Source: Elainellaceae cyanobacterium (GTDB lineage: Bacteria > Cyanobacteriota > Cyanobacteriia > CAZCXK01). Taken from it: a DNA stretch of 23,111 bases. Positions 8,173 to 17,104 of the stretch are shown here, piece after piece. The notes under the pieces were generated by a model that did no database searches, was not told the DNA's origin, and saw nothing but the letters and a program-made list of their open reading frames with translations. The DNA lies in assembly GCA_051117555.1 (NCBI GenBank), contig JBNPEG010000153.1:1-23111 (forward strand), read 5' to 3'. Position 1 is the stretch's first letter. Each line of letters starts with the position of its first letter. Both the position numbers and the translations under genes were made by a program.

Positions 8173-9263
8173 GAGAACTGGCTTTACCCATGAACTGCGT
8201 GAACGGTATCTCGTTCAAAATTCTCGCGACGGTGCTAGTGGCTGGGTGCTGTTGGGTTCTGTCGATGCCGATGGCGATCGCAGCCCACGCAACTTCTGCT
8301 TGCCCCAGCGACATGGTGTACATTCCGGGTGGCAGCTTCACCATGGGGTCTGACAACCCCGACTTTGTCGAAGAAAAAATCGCAGAAGATGTCAGCGTCA
8401 GTAGCTTCTGCATTGAGCGTCATGAAGTCACCAATGCCCAATTTGCCACGTTTGTTGAGGCGACCGGCTATGCCACCGTTGCTGAGCGTCCTCTCTCAAA
8501 AGAGCAATTCCCTCAGCTATCAGACGACGAACGATCGCCCGGTTCTCTGGTCTTTAAGCCACCGGAAGCAGGCATTCAGCAGGTAGCTTACCTAAGCTGG
8601 TGGCAGTGGACTCCCGGTGCCAACTGGCGACATCCCTTCGGTCCTGACAGCGATATTCAGGGTAAAGACGATCATCCTGTCGTCCATATTGCCTATGAAG
8701 ATGCTATAGCCTACGCCGATTGGGCGGGGCGAGAGTTGCCCTCCGAAGCCCAGTGGGAATACGCGGCTCGTGGCGGTAAAGAAGGCTGGACCTATGCCTG
8801 GGGCCAGCAGTATGCCGCTCAGCACGCCAATACCTGGCAGGGTCTATTTCCCTTCTTCAACACCCAGGAGGATGGTCATGTAGGCATCGCTCCCGTGATG
8901 TCCTTTCCGCCTAACAGCTATGGCCTTCACGATATGACGGGTAACGTCTGGGAACTGACCTCGACTTGGTTTACTGTGCAGCATGATGACATGGCTCACA
9001 GTACTGACCCGACTGGCCCGACTCGGGAGGTCAGCTACGACCCCCAAAAACCGATGGATGGAGCCATGCACGTCATCAAAGGCGGCTCATACCTATGTGC
9101 CAAAAACTACTGCAGTCGCTATCGTCCGGCAGCGCGCGAATCCCAACCTTTAGACACAGGCACGACTCACGTAGGCTTTCGCCTGGTGACGCTGCCATCA
9201 GACGTTTCAACCTCATCCTCGCGACTATTGGGACGCTCTAGGAGAAGTTCTACACCAATCTAG
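8169..9263 (+). CDS. Formylglycine-generating enzyme (sulfatase-modifying factor 1)
   Basis: EVTNAQF, HPVVHI, LPSEAQWEYAARGG, MTGNVWE, GGSYLCAKNYCSRYRPAAR (catalytic Cys pair) and HVGFR. ATGA overlap with the sulfatase. Confidence 0.95.
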   Translation: MRELALPMNCVNGISFKILATVLVAGCCWVLSMPMAIAAHATSACPSDMVYIPGGSFTMGSDNPDFVEEKIAEDVSVSSFCIERHEVTNAQFATFVEATGYATVAERPLSKEQFPQLSDDERSPGSLVFKPPEAGIQQVAYLSWWQWTPGANWRHPFGPDSDIQGKDDHPVVHIAYEDAIAYADWAGRELPSEAQWEYAARGGKEGWTYAWGQQYAAQHANTWQGLFPFFNTQEDGHVGIAPVMSFPPNSYGLHDMTGNVWELTSTWFTVQHDDMAHSTDPTGPTREVSYDPQKPMDGAMHVIKGGSYLCAKNYCSRYRPAARESQPLDTGTTHVGFRLVTLPSDVSTSSSRLLGRSRRSSTPI

Positions 9264-9377
9264 GAATCGCACTATCATCGAGTCCAGCAGCCGTTATAAC
9301 TCCCTGACGAACTGCATCCGCTGGGATAGGTTTGGGTTCAAGTGGCTGTAGAGCCGTGATTTGGGAAAGGCAACACT

Positions 9378-12300
9378 TTACATTGCTGTGTCCTTGACGA
9401 CATCAGGGGTGAGTTGTAGATAAAGCCCTGGCACTACCAGGAGGGCGATCGCTGTCGCCGAAACCAGCCCGAACACAATCGCCATGCAGAGGGGAAACCA
9501 TTGGGCATCGCTTAGGGCAAGAGGCAACAAACCCGCTACCGTGGTAATCGACGTGGTGAGAATGGGGCGGAGGCGATCGCTGGCTCCCCGAGCAGCAGCG
9601 TGACGCACATCTAGACCTTCCCGACGGCGCTCGTTCATGGTTTCCACCATAACAATGGCATCATTGACCACGATACCCGTGAGGGCAATTACCCCAATTG
9701 CCACGGGAAACGAGAAGGATTCTCCCAATAAGAACAGGCCGAAAAAGGTGCCGATTAGGGCAAAGGGGATGGTCATCATGATGATAAACGGCTGGGTGTA
9801 AGAACCAAACTGCAACACCAGCACCGCAAACACCAAGAAAATGGCGATTACAAGCATTTGCCCCGCCGAGCTAAAGGTTTCTCCCGTGGTATCGGCGTCG
9901 CCGCCGAAGCGGTAAGTGTAGCCGCTAGGCCAGCGATTAGGGTTATCGGGGGCGCTCGGATCATACTGCAGGGACTCTAGCTTGGGCCGCAGCGCTGCCA
10001 AAACGTCGCTGTCAAACGTGTCTGACCCTGGAACGGTTTTAGCCAATACCGTGACGCTGCGTTGAGCGTTGCGGTGAGTGATGGAGAGGGGCACGGCATC
10101 GGGCACTCGGGCCAGCAGGGCATTGCCGGGGAGCACCTGACCCGCGGGCGTGACAAAGCGCAGGGTGGCGAACTCATCTAGCCCAGTGGGTCCGCCGATG
10201 TCGCCCCTTTGGGAAGGCCACCGGGTACTGAGGCGAATCTCCAAGTCCTCCTCGCCGCTGCCGACGGAGAAGTCCCCGATGGCGTTATCGGTTAACAAGT
10301 AACGGCCTTGGGCCCCTAAGTCGTCCTGGCCGATGCCGTAAAAGTCAAGAGCCTCCCGCTTGGGGACCAGCTTGTAGTCGTCCCGCAGATTCCCCAGGTC
10401 GTCACGCACGTCCATAGTTCCGGGAATTTCTCGCAGGGCCTGCTGCACCTGGCCGGAGATCTGTCGTAGGGTTTGCAGCTCATCACCGTAGATCTCTACC
10501 TGAATGGGGTCTTCGCTGCCGCCAGCTCGCTCGTACTGAAGCGAGAGCACTGCCCCCGGATAGTTGCGAATCACCTTATCTTCCAGGGTTTGCCTCAGCC
10601 CTGCTAAATATGTGAAGGAATCCTGCTGTCGCTGCGATCGCTCCGTAAATACTGCCGACAGGCCAACGAAGTAGTCAGCGCTGCTGGGCTTTAGCTCCCC
10701 AGAGCTAACTAGGTTGCTGCGCTGCCCCACCAGTTTGACCACGCTGGCAAATAAAGGTTTACTATTAGTCGCACTGTCAGGGTCACTGTTAGTCGCACTG
10801 TCAGGGTCGCTGTAGTTACGCACAATCTCACCCAGGCGATCGGCCACCTCCTGCGATCGCTCTAAGGTGGCGGCGGGGGGCAACTCTACGTTGATGCTCA
10901 GCTTGAGGCGATCGGTGGCGGGGAATAGGGACACTGTTAGCCGAGCAAATAATACTAGCGACACCACGAAAAGAGCCACGCTGCCCAGAGTCCATCGTCG
11001 CGCCGTTCGCCGGTTTGCCACGGTGTTGCTTAGAGCCCACTGGGCAAATCGCTCCGAACTGGTTTCCGTGAGGCGATCGATGAAGGTTTTGGAATGGGGG
11101 CTACCTGGCCGATCTAGCAGAAATTTGGAGAGGGGAATCACTGCGAACAAGGCCAGTACGTAGCTGAGCACGAGGCAGGTGATGGCGCTAATGGGAATGA
11201 GGCGGATAAATTGCCCTAGAGTCCCGGAAATGGCCATCAGCGGCGACAGGGCCAAAATCGTTGTCAGCTGCCCAGCAAAGGCGGGGACGCCATAGGACCG
11301 GACCGTTTTTACCGCAGACTGAGAAAACGTCAGCCCCTCCACAAACAGTCCTTCATGCAGTCCCTCCAGCATGAGGATAAACACATCCACCAGTAGCCCC
11401 AGGGCCAAGATCATCCCCACCATCACCATAGAGTTGAGGGTGTAGCCGAGCATCCACAGCACAAACACAGCCCCGGCAAACGTCATGGGAATCGCGAGAC
11501 CCGCTACCACCGCCTCTCGCCAGGTCAGGGCAATAAACAAAATGGCAAAGACGCAGAGGGATGCTTGCAGTAAATTGCTGATCAAATCCCCAAGCTCATC
11601 TTCAATCGACTCCGAGTCGTCATTGAGGATGCGGTAATCCATGCCATAGGGCCACAGCGCAGAGTCTTGACGGGCGGCTTCCATGGTCGCCAGGGTGTCG
11701 GTCACCACCTGAATTGTGTCGCTGCCCGCTACTTTGACCACATCTAGGGTGACTGTGGGCATAAACGGGGCTCCTCGCCAGCTGAGAAACGCCCGCGAGG
11801 TCTCCCGCTCTGGTCCTTGGAACACTTCTGCCACCTCCGACAGCCGTACCACGCGGTTCTCATCTAGGCGGGCTACTGGCAGGCTTCTCAGGTCATCTAG
11901 GATGCGAAACCGGCCATACAGGCGCACCTGTGCACCAATGTCGTCATCCCGCACCAAATCCCAGGCCACATCGGTGTTACCTGTTTGGATGGCGTTCTCC
12001 ACCTGGGTGGCCGAAATTCCCAGGGTTGTCAAACGGCTAGGCAGCAGCTGCACGTGCACTACTTCATCCCGCTGACCGGCCAGATCCACCTCCCGTACGT
12101 TATTGAACGCTTCCAGTCGTTCCTGCAGTGCCTCTGCTGTCTGGCCCAGCAGCGTCTCATCCAGGCCCTCCCCCACTAAGGCCAAGGTCAACACCGGGGC
12201 ATCTTGGGCTGATAGCTGCTGAAAGTCCGGCACCTCTCGTCCGCTAGTGGTATCGGGTAGCTCGGATTCGGCATCGTCCACCTTGCCCCGCAGCGCCTGA

Positions 12301-12692
12301 ATCGACTCCGCAATGGGAGCCTCTGCCCGAAATGAGACGTCGATAATTGAGAAGGAATTAAAGGTGGCGCTGGTGAGATCGTCTAGCCCCTGCAGGCTTC
12401 TGATTTCCGTCTCTAGTTCGTTGGTTACCTGATTCTCCAGGGTCTCCACATCGGTGCCGCCCCACTGCGTGGTGATTCTGGCCCGGGCAATGTTGATGTC
12501 AGGCTCGCCCTCTTTCACCATGGAAACGTAACCCATGGCTCCCCCCACCAGCAGCAGGGCACAGAGGAGAATGGCGAAAATCTGGCGAACAAAGAAGAAG
12601 TCCATCCAGGCAGGAATTTGATTTGCCTCGGCTGTGTGATTCTTTGGGGCAGGGTTTTCTGGGATAGGGTGAGTTGGATGCTGGGTGGTCAT
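9378..12692 (-). CDS. RND efflux transporter permease (AcrB/AcrD/AcrF family)
   Basis: 1104 aa with two large periplasmic loops and two TM bundles; GLLVD, GIVVNDAIV and RLRPILTTS motifs. Confidence 0.95.
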   Translation of the reverse strand: MTTQHPTHPIPENPAPKNHTAEANQIPAWMDFFFVRQIFAILLCALLLVGGAMGYVSMVKEGEPDINIARARITTQWGGTDVETLENQVTNELETEIRSLQGLDDLTSATFNSFSIIDVSFRAEAPIAESIQALRGKVDDAESELPDTTSGREVPDFQQLSAQDAPVLTLALVGEGLDETLLGQTAEALQERLEAFNNVREVDLAGQRDEVVHVQLLPSRLTTLGISATQVENAIQTGNTDVAWDLVRDDDIGAQVRLYGRFRILDDLRSLPVARLDENRVVRLSEVAEVFQGPERETSRAFLSWRGAPFMPTVTLDVVKVAGSDTIQVVTDTLATMEAARQDSALWPYGMDYRILNDDSESIEDELGDLISNLLQASLCVFAILFIALTWREAVVAGLAIPMTFAGAVFVLWMLGYTLNSMVMVGMILALGLLVDVFILMLEGLHEGLFVEGLTFSQSAVKTVRSYGVPAFAGQLTTILALSPLMAISGTLGQFIRLIPISAITCLVLSYVLALFAVIPLSKFLLDRPGSPHSKTFIDRLTETSSERFAQWALSNTVANRRTARRWTLGSVALFVVSLVLFARLTVSLFPATDRLKLSINVELPPAATLERSQEVADRLGEIVRNYSDPDSATNSDPDSATNSKPLFASVVKLVGQRSNLVSSGELKPSSADYFVGLSAVFTERSQRQQDSFTYLAGLRQTLEDKVIRNYPGAVLSLQYERAGGSEDPIQVEIYGDELQTLRQISGQVQQALREIPGTMDVRDDLGNLRDDYKLVPKREALDFYGIGQDDLGAQGRYLLTDNAIGDFSVGSGEEDLEIRLSTRWPSQRGDIGGPTGLDEFATLRFVTPAGQVLPGNALLARVPDAVPLSITHRNAQRSVTVLAKTVPGSDTFDSDVLAALRPKLESLQYDPSAPDNPNRWPSGYTYRFGGDADTTGETFSSAGQMLVIAIFLVFAVLVLQFGSYTQPFIIMMTIPFALIGTFFGLFLLGESFSFPVAIGVIALTGIVVNDAIVMVETMNERRREGLDVRHAAARGASDRLRPILTTSITTVAGLLPLALSDAQWFPLCMAIVFGLVSATAIALLVVPGLYLQLTPDVVKDTAM
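10761..10808. repeat. In-frame 2 x 24 bp tandem duplication inside the RND gene (DPDSATNS x2)
   Basis: ACTATTAGTCGCACTGTCAGGGTC followed by ACTGTTAGTCGCACTGTCAGGGTC (one mismatch). Confidence 0.9.
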
Positions 12693-12724
12693 TGCTCTGC
12701 CTTAAGGGATCGCGATCGCTCGGG

Positions 12725-14212
12725 TTACGGTTCTTCTGGGGTTACGCTCTCAGATTTAGCGCTTTCCTGGCCAACAATCTCCACGGGTGCGCCGTCCGTC
12801 AGACGGTTTTGGCCTTCCACCACCACCAACTCCCCTGGCCTGACGCCAGAAAGCACGCCTACCTCTGAAAAGCCTCGGATGCCCTCTGTAATGAGGCGAC
12901 GCTGAACCGTGTTATCAGCCTCGTTAACCACAAAAACGTAGGTTTCCTGGCCCCTAGAGGTCACTGCTCCCACGGGCACCACAACGGCATCGGGGCTGGC
13001 ATCGACTTCAATCCACACGTAGACCCGTCCATTCACCGTCAGGTTGCGTACTGGCTGAAGGTTGCGGATAGTGACCTCGGTGCCGCGTCCTTCCGGGGTC
13101 TGGGATGGACTCACGGCAAAGACCGTTCCGGTGCTGCCCTGCTGTCTAGCGATATCAAGCAGGGCCTGCTGGGACGCACCAATGGCTTGGGACTGATTCA
13201 CCTGATCTTCGGGGACGGCATACACCCGCTGCCCTGGACGGATAGCCGCCGCATTACTGGACTGAACCTCTAGCCGCACCTCAAAGGATTCAGGATTCAC
13301 CACCACAATTGGGACCGTGTCAATTAGACTTTGGGCGTTGCTGGTGTTGAGATACTGCGTATTCCAGTAGTCCAGCTCTTGGATATTGATGTAGGCGACC
13401 ACGCCGTCCGAAGAAGCAACCAGCTGGGTATCTTCTAAATCGACTGCCGTGCTGTTGCGACTGGCCTGAGCCGCCTCTACCGAGGCTTGGGCTGAGATCA
13501 CCCCCTCTTCAGCGGAGGCAACACTCTGCCGGGCAGTTTCCAGGCGGGCACGGGCACTGTTTGCTTCGTTTTTGGCCACGTCCCGATCGCTTTCTGAAAT
13601 TACCCCCTGCTCAAACAAATATTGATTCCGCCGCAGCTCCGATTGCGCCAGCGCCAAGTCAGACTCGGCTTGGGCTAGGTTCGCTTGGGCTTCCTGCAGC
13701 GATGCTTCTGCTTGATTCCGCTGGCTCACTGCTACCTGGACATCCGCCTCTGCCGCCGTGATGCTGGCGGTTTGCTTACGGTTGTCAATGGTGGCCAGCA
13801 GTTGCCCCTGAGAGACTAGATCACCTGCTTTCAGGGGCACTCCATTCACCTTCGCCAAATAGGTGACTGTGCCGCTTGCTTCAAAGGTGAGAGCCTCTAA
13901 CGTCACTGGCAAGGAGACCCCTTCATCGAACACCCACTCTTCCACCACGCCCGTTTGAACTCGCACTACCTGAACTGGCAGGCTGTCAGTCGCGCTAGTC
14001 TGTATCTCCCCGCTGGGGCCGGCAGTCAGCCGCTGGTAAATTCGCCAGCTCCCCAAACCGAAGATCGCCACTAGGGCCAAGGCGATCGCGGGCCAGTATG
14101 ACTTTTTAGACCTACGGGGAGCTTGAGTTTCAGATTCGGGAACGCTGTGCGGTTTGGGCGCTGCAAGAGTGGGTTGGGCCTCGACTTGAGGATTGGGACT
14201 TTCATCAACCAT
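12725..14212 (-). CDS. RND periplasmic adaptor (membrane fusion protein)
   Basis: N-terminal TM, lipoyl-like GDLVSQGQLLATID, long Ala/Gln coiled coil, VVVPVGAV and SGVRPGELVVVEG. Directly upstream of the permease. Likely start Met 14212 (track starts at 14251). Confidence 0.92.
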   Translation of the reverse strand: MVDESPNPQVEAQPTLAAPKPHSVPESETQAPRRSKKSYWPAIALALVAIFGLGSWRIYQRLTAGPSGEIQTSATDSLPVQVVRVQTGVVEEWVFDEGVSLPVTLEALTFEASGTVTYLAKVNGVPLKAGDLVSQGQLLATIDNRKQTASITAAEADVQVAVSQRNQAEASLQEAQANLAQAESDLALAQSELRRNQYLFEQGVISESDRDVAKNEANSARARLETARQSVASAEEGVISAQASVEAAQASRNSTAVDLEDTQLVASSDGVVAYINIQELDYWNTQYLNTSNAQSLIDTVPIVVVNPESFEVRLEVQSSNAAAIRPGQRVYAVPEDQVNQSQAIGASQQALLDIARQQGSTGTVFAVSPSQTPEGRGTEVTIRNLQPVRNLTVNGRVYVWIEVDASPDAVVVPVGAVTSRGQETYVFVVNEADNTVQRRLITEGIRGFSEVGVLSGVRPGELVVVEGQNRLTDGAPVEIVGQESAKSESVTPEEP

Positions 14213-14363
14213 GATGTTCCAATGAAAGGTTTCGGCCGTGCATTTCAGCAAACGAGTTCCTTCATCTCAACAAGTCTGGAGCCCCTGGTTAACGTTCAGA
14301 GGTACTGGAGAGAATGATGCGCTTGCACGCTTTCAACTCTAAAAGAGAGCCTTTGCCTTTTCC

Positions 14364-14430
14364 CAGGTCCCAAGGGCCTAATTTCTTCCTTAGGGGGTAC
14401 TAGGACCCATGGACTTAAAAACAGGACCCG
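14364..14430. promoter_or_regulatory. Copy C of the repeated intergenic regulatory module
   Basis: CAGGTCCCAAGGGCCTA (14364-14380), GGTAC plus TAGGACCCATGGACTTA (14401-14417), then AAAACAGGACCC. Lies between the RND operon and the divergent two-component genes. Confidence 0.55.
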
Positions 14431-14848
14431 TGACGCGATCGTAATATCAGCTGAGTCCCATAGAATCATGGTGAATCCTCGCTGGCGAATTCTTCTGAGC
14501 AAGTCCTTCTTGGCAGCAGACGATTTCAACTTTATAAATGAGAGAATAGGGTTTTAGGCTGCGAATTTGAGTTTGAGCGTCTGAAGTAGACTAACAGTTG
14601 TCAGCCCCTGAGAGCCTTGTTCAGTGGGACTTGCAGCTTTAACTGGGCTCAAATCGTACTTTCGCCACTTTGTGACTTGGTGAAGCGAGAGAAGGAATAG
14701 ACATTATCGGTAATAAGTTGCTCAGTCCGAGAATCGATGACAAAGCTATAGAAATTGACGATTCTGTGTCGAGAATTGAGCACTTTTTTATTTCCGATTA
14801 AGTCTAATGATAAAGGTTTTACATGACTATCACTCACCCATAACACTC

Positions 14849-16072
14849 ATGCTGCGCCTGCTTACATTGCCTCATACACTGCTTGTCCTAGAGTGGATTT
14901 TGCTAGGAGTTGCCGTATTTTTAGCAAGCATCGCTGGGGTAATCGATGTATTCCCTCAATTACCTATTCTGACAATAGTTTGTATAGGCGTCATTGCACT
15001 ATTGGGGCTAATAAAACCGGTCAAAAATAAACGTTTCTATGCTGTTGGATACACTCTGGTGGAATTTGGGCTGATCGGGCTACCGGTTTTGATTGGTAAG
15101 TCAATTGTTACCTTTCCAATTTTAGGCGCGGTGCTCGTACTCCGAAGTGCTCAACGATTTGACCTGTTGGGTCGTCTTGGGGTGGTGGTAGGTGTCTATG
15201 CTCTGTTTATTTTTAACCTATTTATCTTAAATACGACCTTTATCAATCCGCTTAATTTGTGGTTGGGTAGCCCTGTTTTGCCGACTGATACCAATCTCTT
15301 ATTTTTCAAACTTTGTTCGGTTATTTACTATGGCATGATACTGTCTTTTGTTTGGTTATTCGTGAGTGCCCTAGTATCAGAACGCCAAGGTCGTGAACGT
15401 TTAGCGGCGACGTTATCTCAACTACGAGACTATTCTCTACGGATTGAAGATCAAGCTGCCCTACAGGAGCGCAATCGCATTGCCCGTGAAATTCACGATG
15501 CTTTGGGACATACGCTTACGGCTCAAAGCGTGCAGTTAGATAGTGGCTTGCATCTATTGAATACGAACCAGATCGGACAAGCCAACATTTTTTTTGAGAC
15601 GGCAAAATCGCTCTGTGCTCAGGCCCTACAAGAAGTTCGACAGTCAGTGACGATGCTGCGAAGTGGTTGTTTGCTAAGCAATTCCCTGGAAAGGGCGATC
15701 GCAACCTTAATCAAGGAGTTTCAAACAACAACTGCCATCACCCCAGCGATAACCATTGATCTACCCCAGCCGCTTTCCGCAGAAATCAGCTCAACAGTCT
15801 ATCGTATTGTCCAGGCTGCACTGACCAATGTTACTCTTCACAGTCATGCGACGGAGGTTACGCTGCAGATAACCGTCCATAGCCACACGCTTTACATTGT
15901 GATCAAAGATAATGGTCAAGGGTTTAACCCAGCTCAAAATTCCACAGGCTTTGGCATCCTCGGGATGCGAGAACGAGCATTGGCGTTGAATGGAAAATTT
16001 AATTTGATCAGCGAACCTGGAGCAGGCTGTCTGATTACGGTGCAGATACCTATACCGGAGGCAATAGCATGA
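14849..16072 (+). CDS. Membrane sensor histidine kinase, HisKA_3 (NarX/DesK-like)
   Basis: Multi-TM N-terminus, ERNRIAREIHDALGH H-box, ALTNVTLH, IKDNGQGF and GFGILGMRER. Start is 14849 or 14807. Confidence 0.93.
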   Translation: MLRLLTLPHTLLVLEWILLGVAVFLASIAGVIDVFPQLPILTIVCIGVIALLGLIKPVKNKRFYAVGYTLVEFGLIGLPVLIGKSIVTFPILGAVLVLRSAQRFDLLGRLGVVVGVYALFIFNLFILNTTFINPLNLWLGSPVLPTDTNLLFFKLCSVIYYGMILSFVWLFVSALVSERQGRERLAATLSQLRDYSLRIEDQAALQERNRIAREIHDALGHTLTAQSVQLDSGLHLLNTNQIGQANIFFETAKSLCAQALQEVRQSVTMLRSGCLLSNSLERAIATLIKEFQTTTAITPAITIDLPQPLSAEISSTVYRIVQAALTNVTLHSHATEVTLQITVHSHTLYIVIKDNGQGFNPAQNSTGFGILGMRERALALNGKFNLISEPGAGCLITVQIPIPEAIA

Positions 16073-16764
16073 TTCGCTTGCTGCTTGTGGATGATCAAAC
16101 TCTGGTTCGTCAAGGCTTTAGGGTTTTGCTGGAAGCCCACGAAGATATTCAGGTCGTTGGGGAAGCAGAGAACGGCACCCAGGCAATTCAACAGGTTGAA
16201 ACATTACATCCCGACATTGTGCTGTTAGATATCCGGATGCCAGAGATGGATGGTGTTGCTGCAGCCCAGGCAATTTGTCAACAGTTTGATGAGGTCAAAG
16301 TGTTAATGCTGTCCACATTTGATGATGCAGAATATCTCCACCGGGCAGTACGATTCGGTGCCATTGGTTATCTGTTAAAAGATACCAATGCCAAAGAACT
16401 TGTGCAAGCGATCCGCATGGCTTACCAGGGGTACACCCAATTTGGCCCCGGCTTATTTCAACAGGCCATTGGATGCATTCAAGGAGAGCCTGTTGATATA
16501 CCACCTGCTACAGTCTCAAACGCACTGACACAACTACCACCCGAACTCCAAAAGTTAACTAAACGAGAGCAGGAAGTACTTTGTCACATCATTACTGGAG
16601 AAACCAATCGTCAAATTGCTGAGGCTCTGTTTATTTCAGAGCGCACCGTCAAAAATCACGTGACCAGCATTTTAAGTCGCCTAAATCTGCCAGGTCGCGT
16701 TCAAGCTGCCATGTTTGCTAGCCCGTTCTTACCACTCCTCCAATCTAGACATGAGCAAACTTAG
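16069..16764 (+). CDS. NarL/FixJ-family response regulator (REC plus LuxR HTH)
   Basis: LLVDDQ, LLDIRMP, GYLLKD and LTKREQEVL...NRQIAEALFISERTVKNHVTSILSRL. ATGA overlap with the kinase. Confidence 0.95.
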   Translation: MIRLLLVDDQTLVRQGFRVLLEAHEDIQVVGEAENGTQAIQQVETLHPDIVLLDIRMPEMDGVAAAQAICQQFDEVKVLMLSTFDDAEYLHRAVRFGAIGYLLKDTNAKELVQAIRMAYQGYTQFGPGLFQQAIGCIQGEPVDIPPATVSNALTQLPPELQKLTKREQEVLCHIITGETNRQIAEALFISERTVKNHVTSILSRLNLPGRVQAAMFASPFLPLLQSRHEQT

Positions 16765-16815
16765 GTAAATGTAGTGACCTGCAAACGAAATCTTAAGAAC
16801 CTGCAAACAAAGCGG

Positions 16816-17067
16816 TTTTAGATCGTCGATCTGTGCCTTCAATCCGTCGATCTGCGCCTTCAGATCGTCGATCTGCGTCCTCAATTCATCGATCTGCGCC
16901 TTCAGATCGTCGATCTGCATCGTCAATTCGTCGATCTGCGCCTTCAATTCATCGATCTGCGCCTTCAATTCATCGATCTGCACCCTCAATTCGCCGATCT
17001 GCGCCTTCAGATCGTCGATCTGCATCGTCAATTCGCCGATCTGCGCCTTCAGATCAACGATCTGCGT
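16816..17067. repeat. Tandem array of 12 x 21-bp units, consensus CTTCA(GA/AT)TCGTCGATCTGCGC; encodes LKAQIDD/E heptads on the minus strand
   Basis: Twelve contiguous units counted by hand, with no spacers. Confidence 0.95.
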
Positions 17068-17104
17068 CAGCGTCTCTCAAGAGAACTTGAGAGACGCTGA
17101 CGCA
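17063..17104. repeat. Perfect 19-bp inverted repeat with 4-nt loop
   Basis: TGCGTCAGCGTCTCTCAAG-AGAA-CTTGAGAGACGCTGACGCA. Confidence 0.95.

Noticed and set aside
5750..9071. Multiple antisense ORFs (e.g. 5750-6238, 6832-7485, 7567-8088)
   Set aside because: Shadow frames of well-supported GC-rich genes, with no recognisable motifs.
14296..14846. Short minus-strand ORFs 14296-14529 and 14649-14846
   Set aside because: No motifs; they overlap the likely promoter region and the repeated module.
16816..17067. CRISPR array
   Set aside because: The units are contiguous with no unique spacers, and no cas genes are present.
16833..17090. Plus-strand ORF of RRSAPS repeats
   Set aside because: An alternative reading of a 21-bp repeat is open by construction; there is no sign of a real protein.
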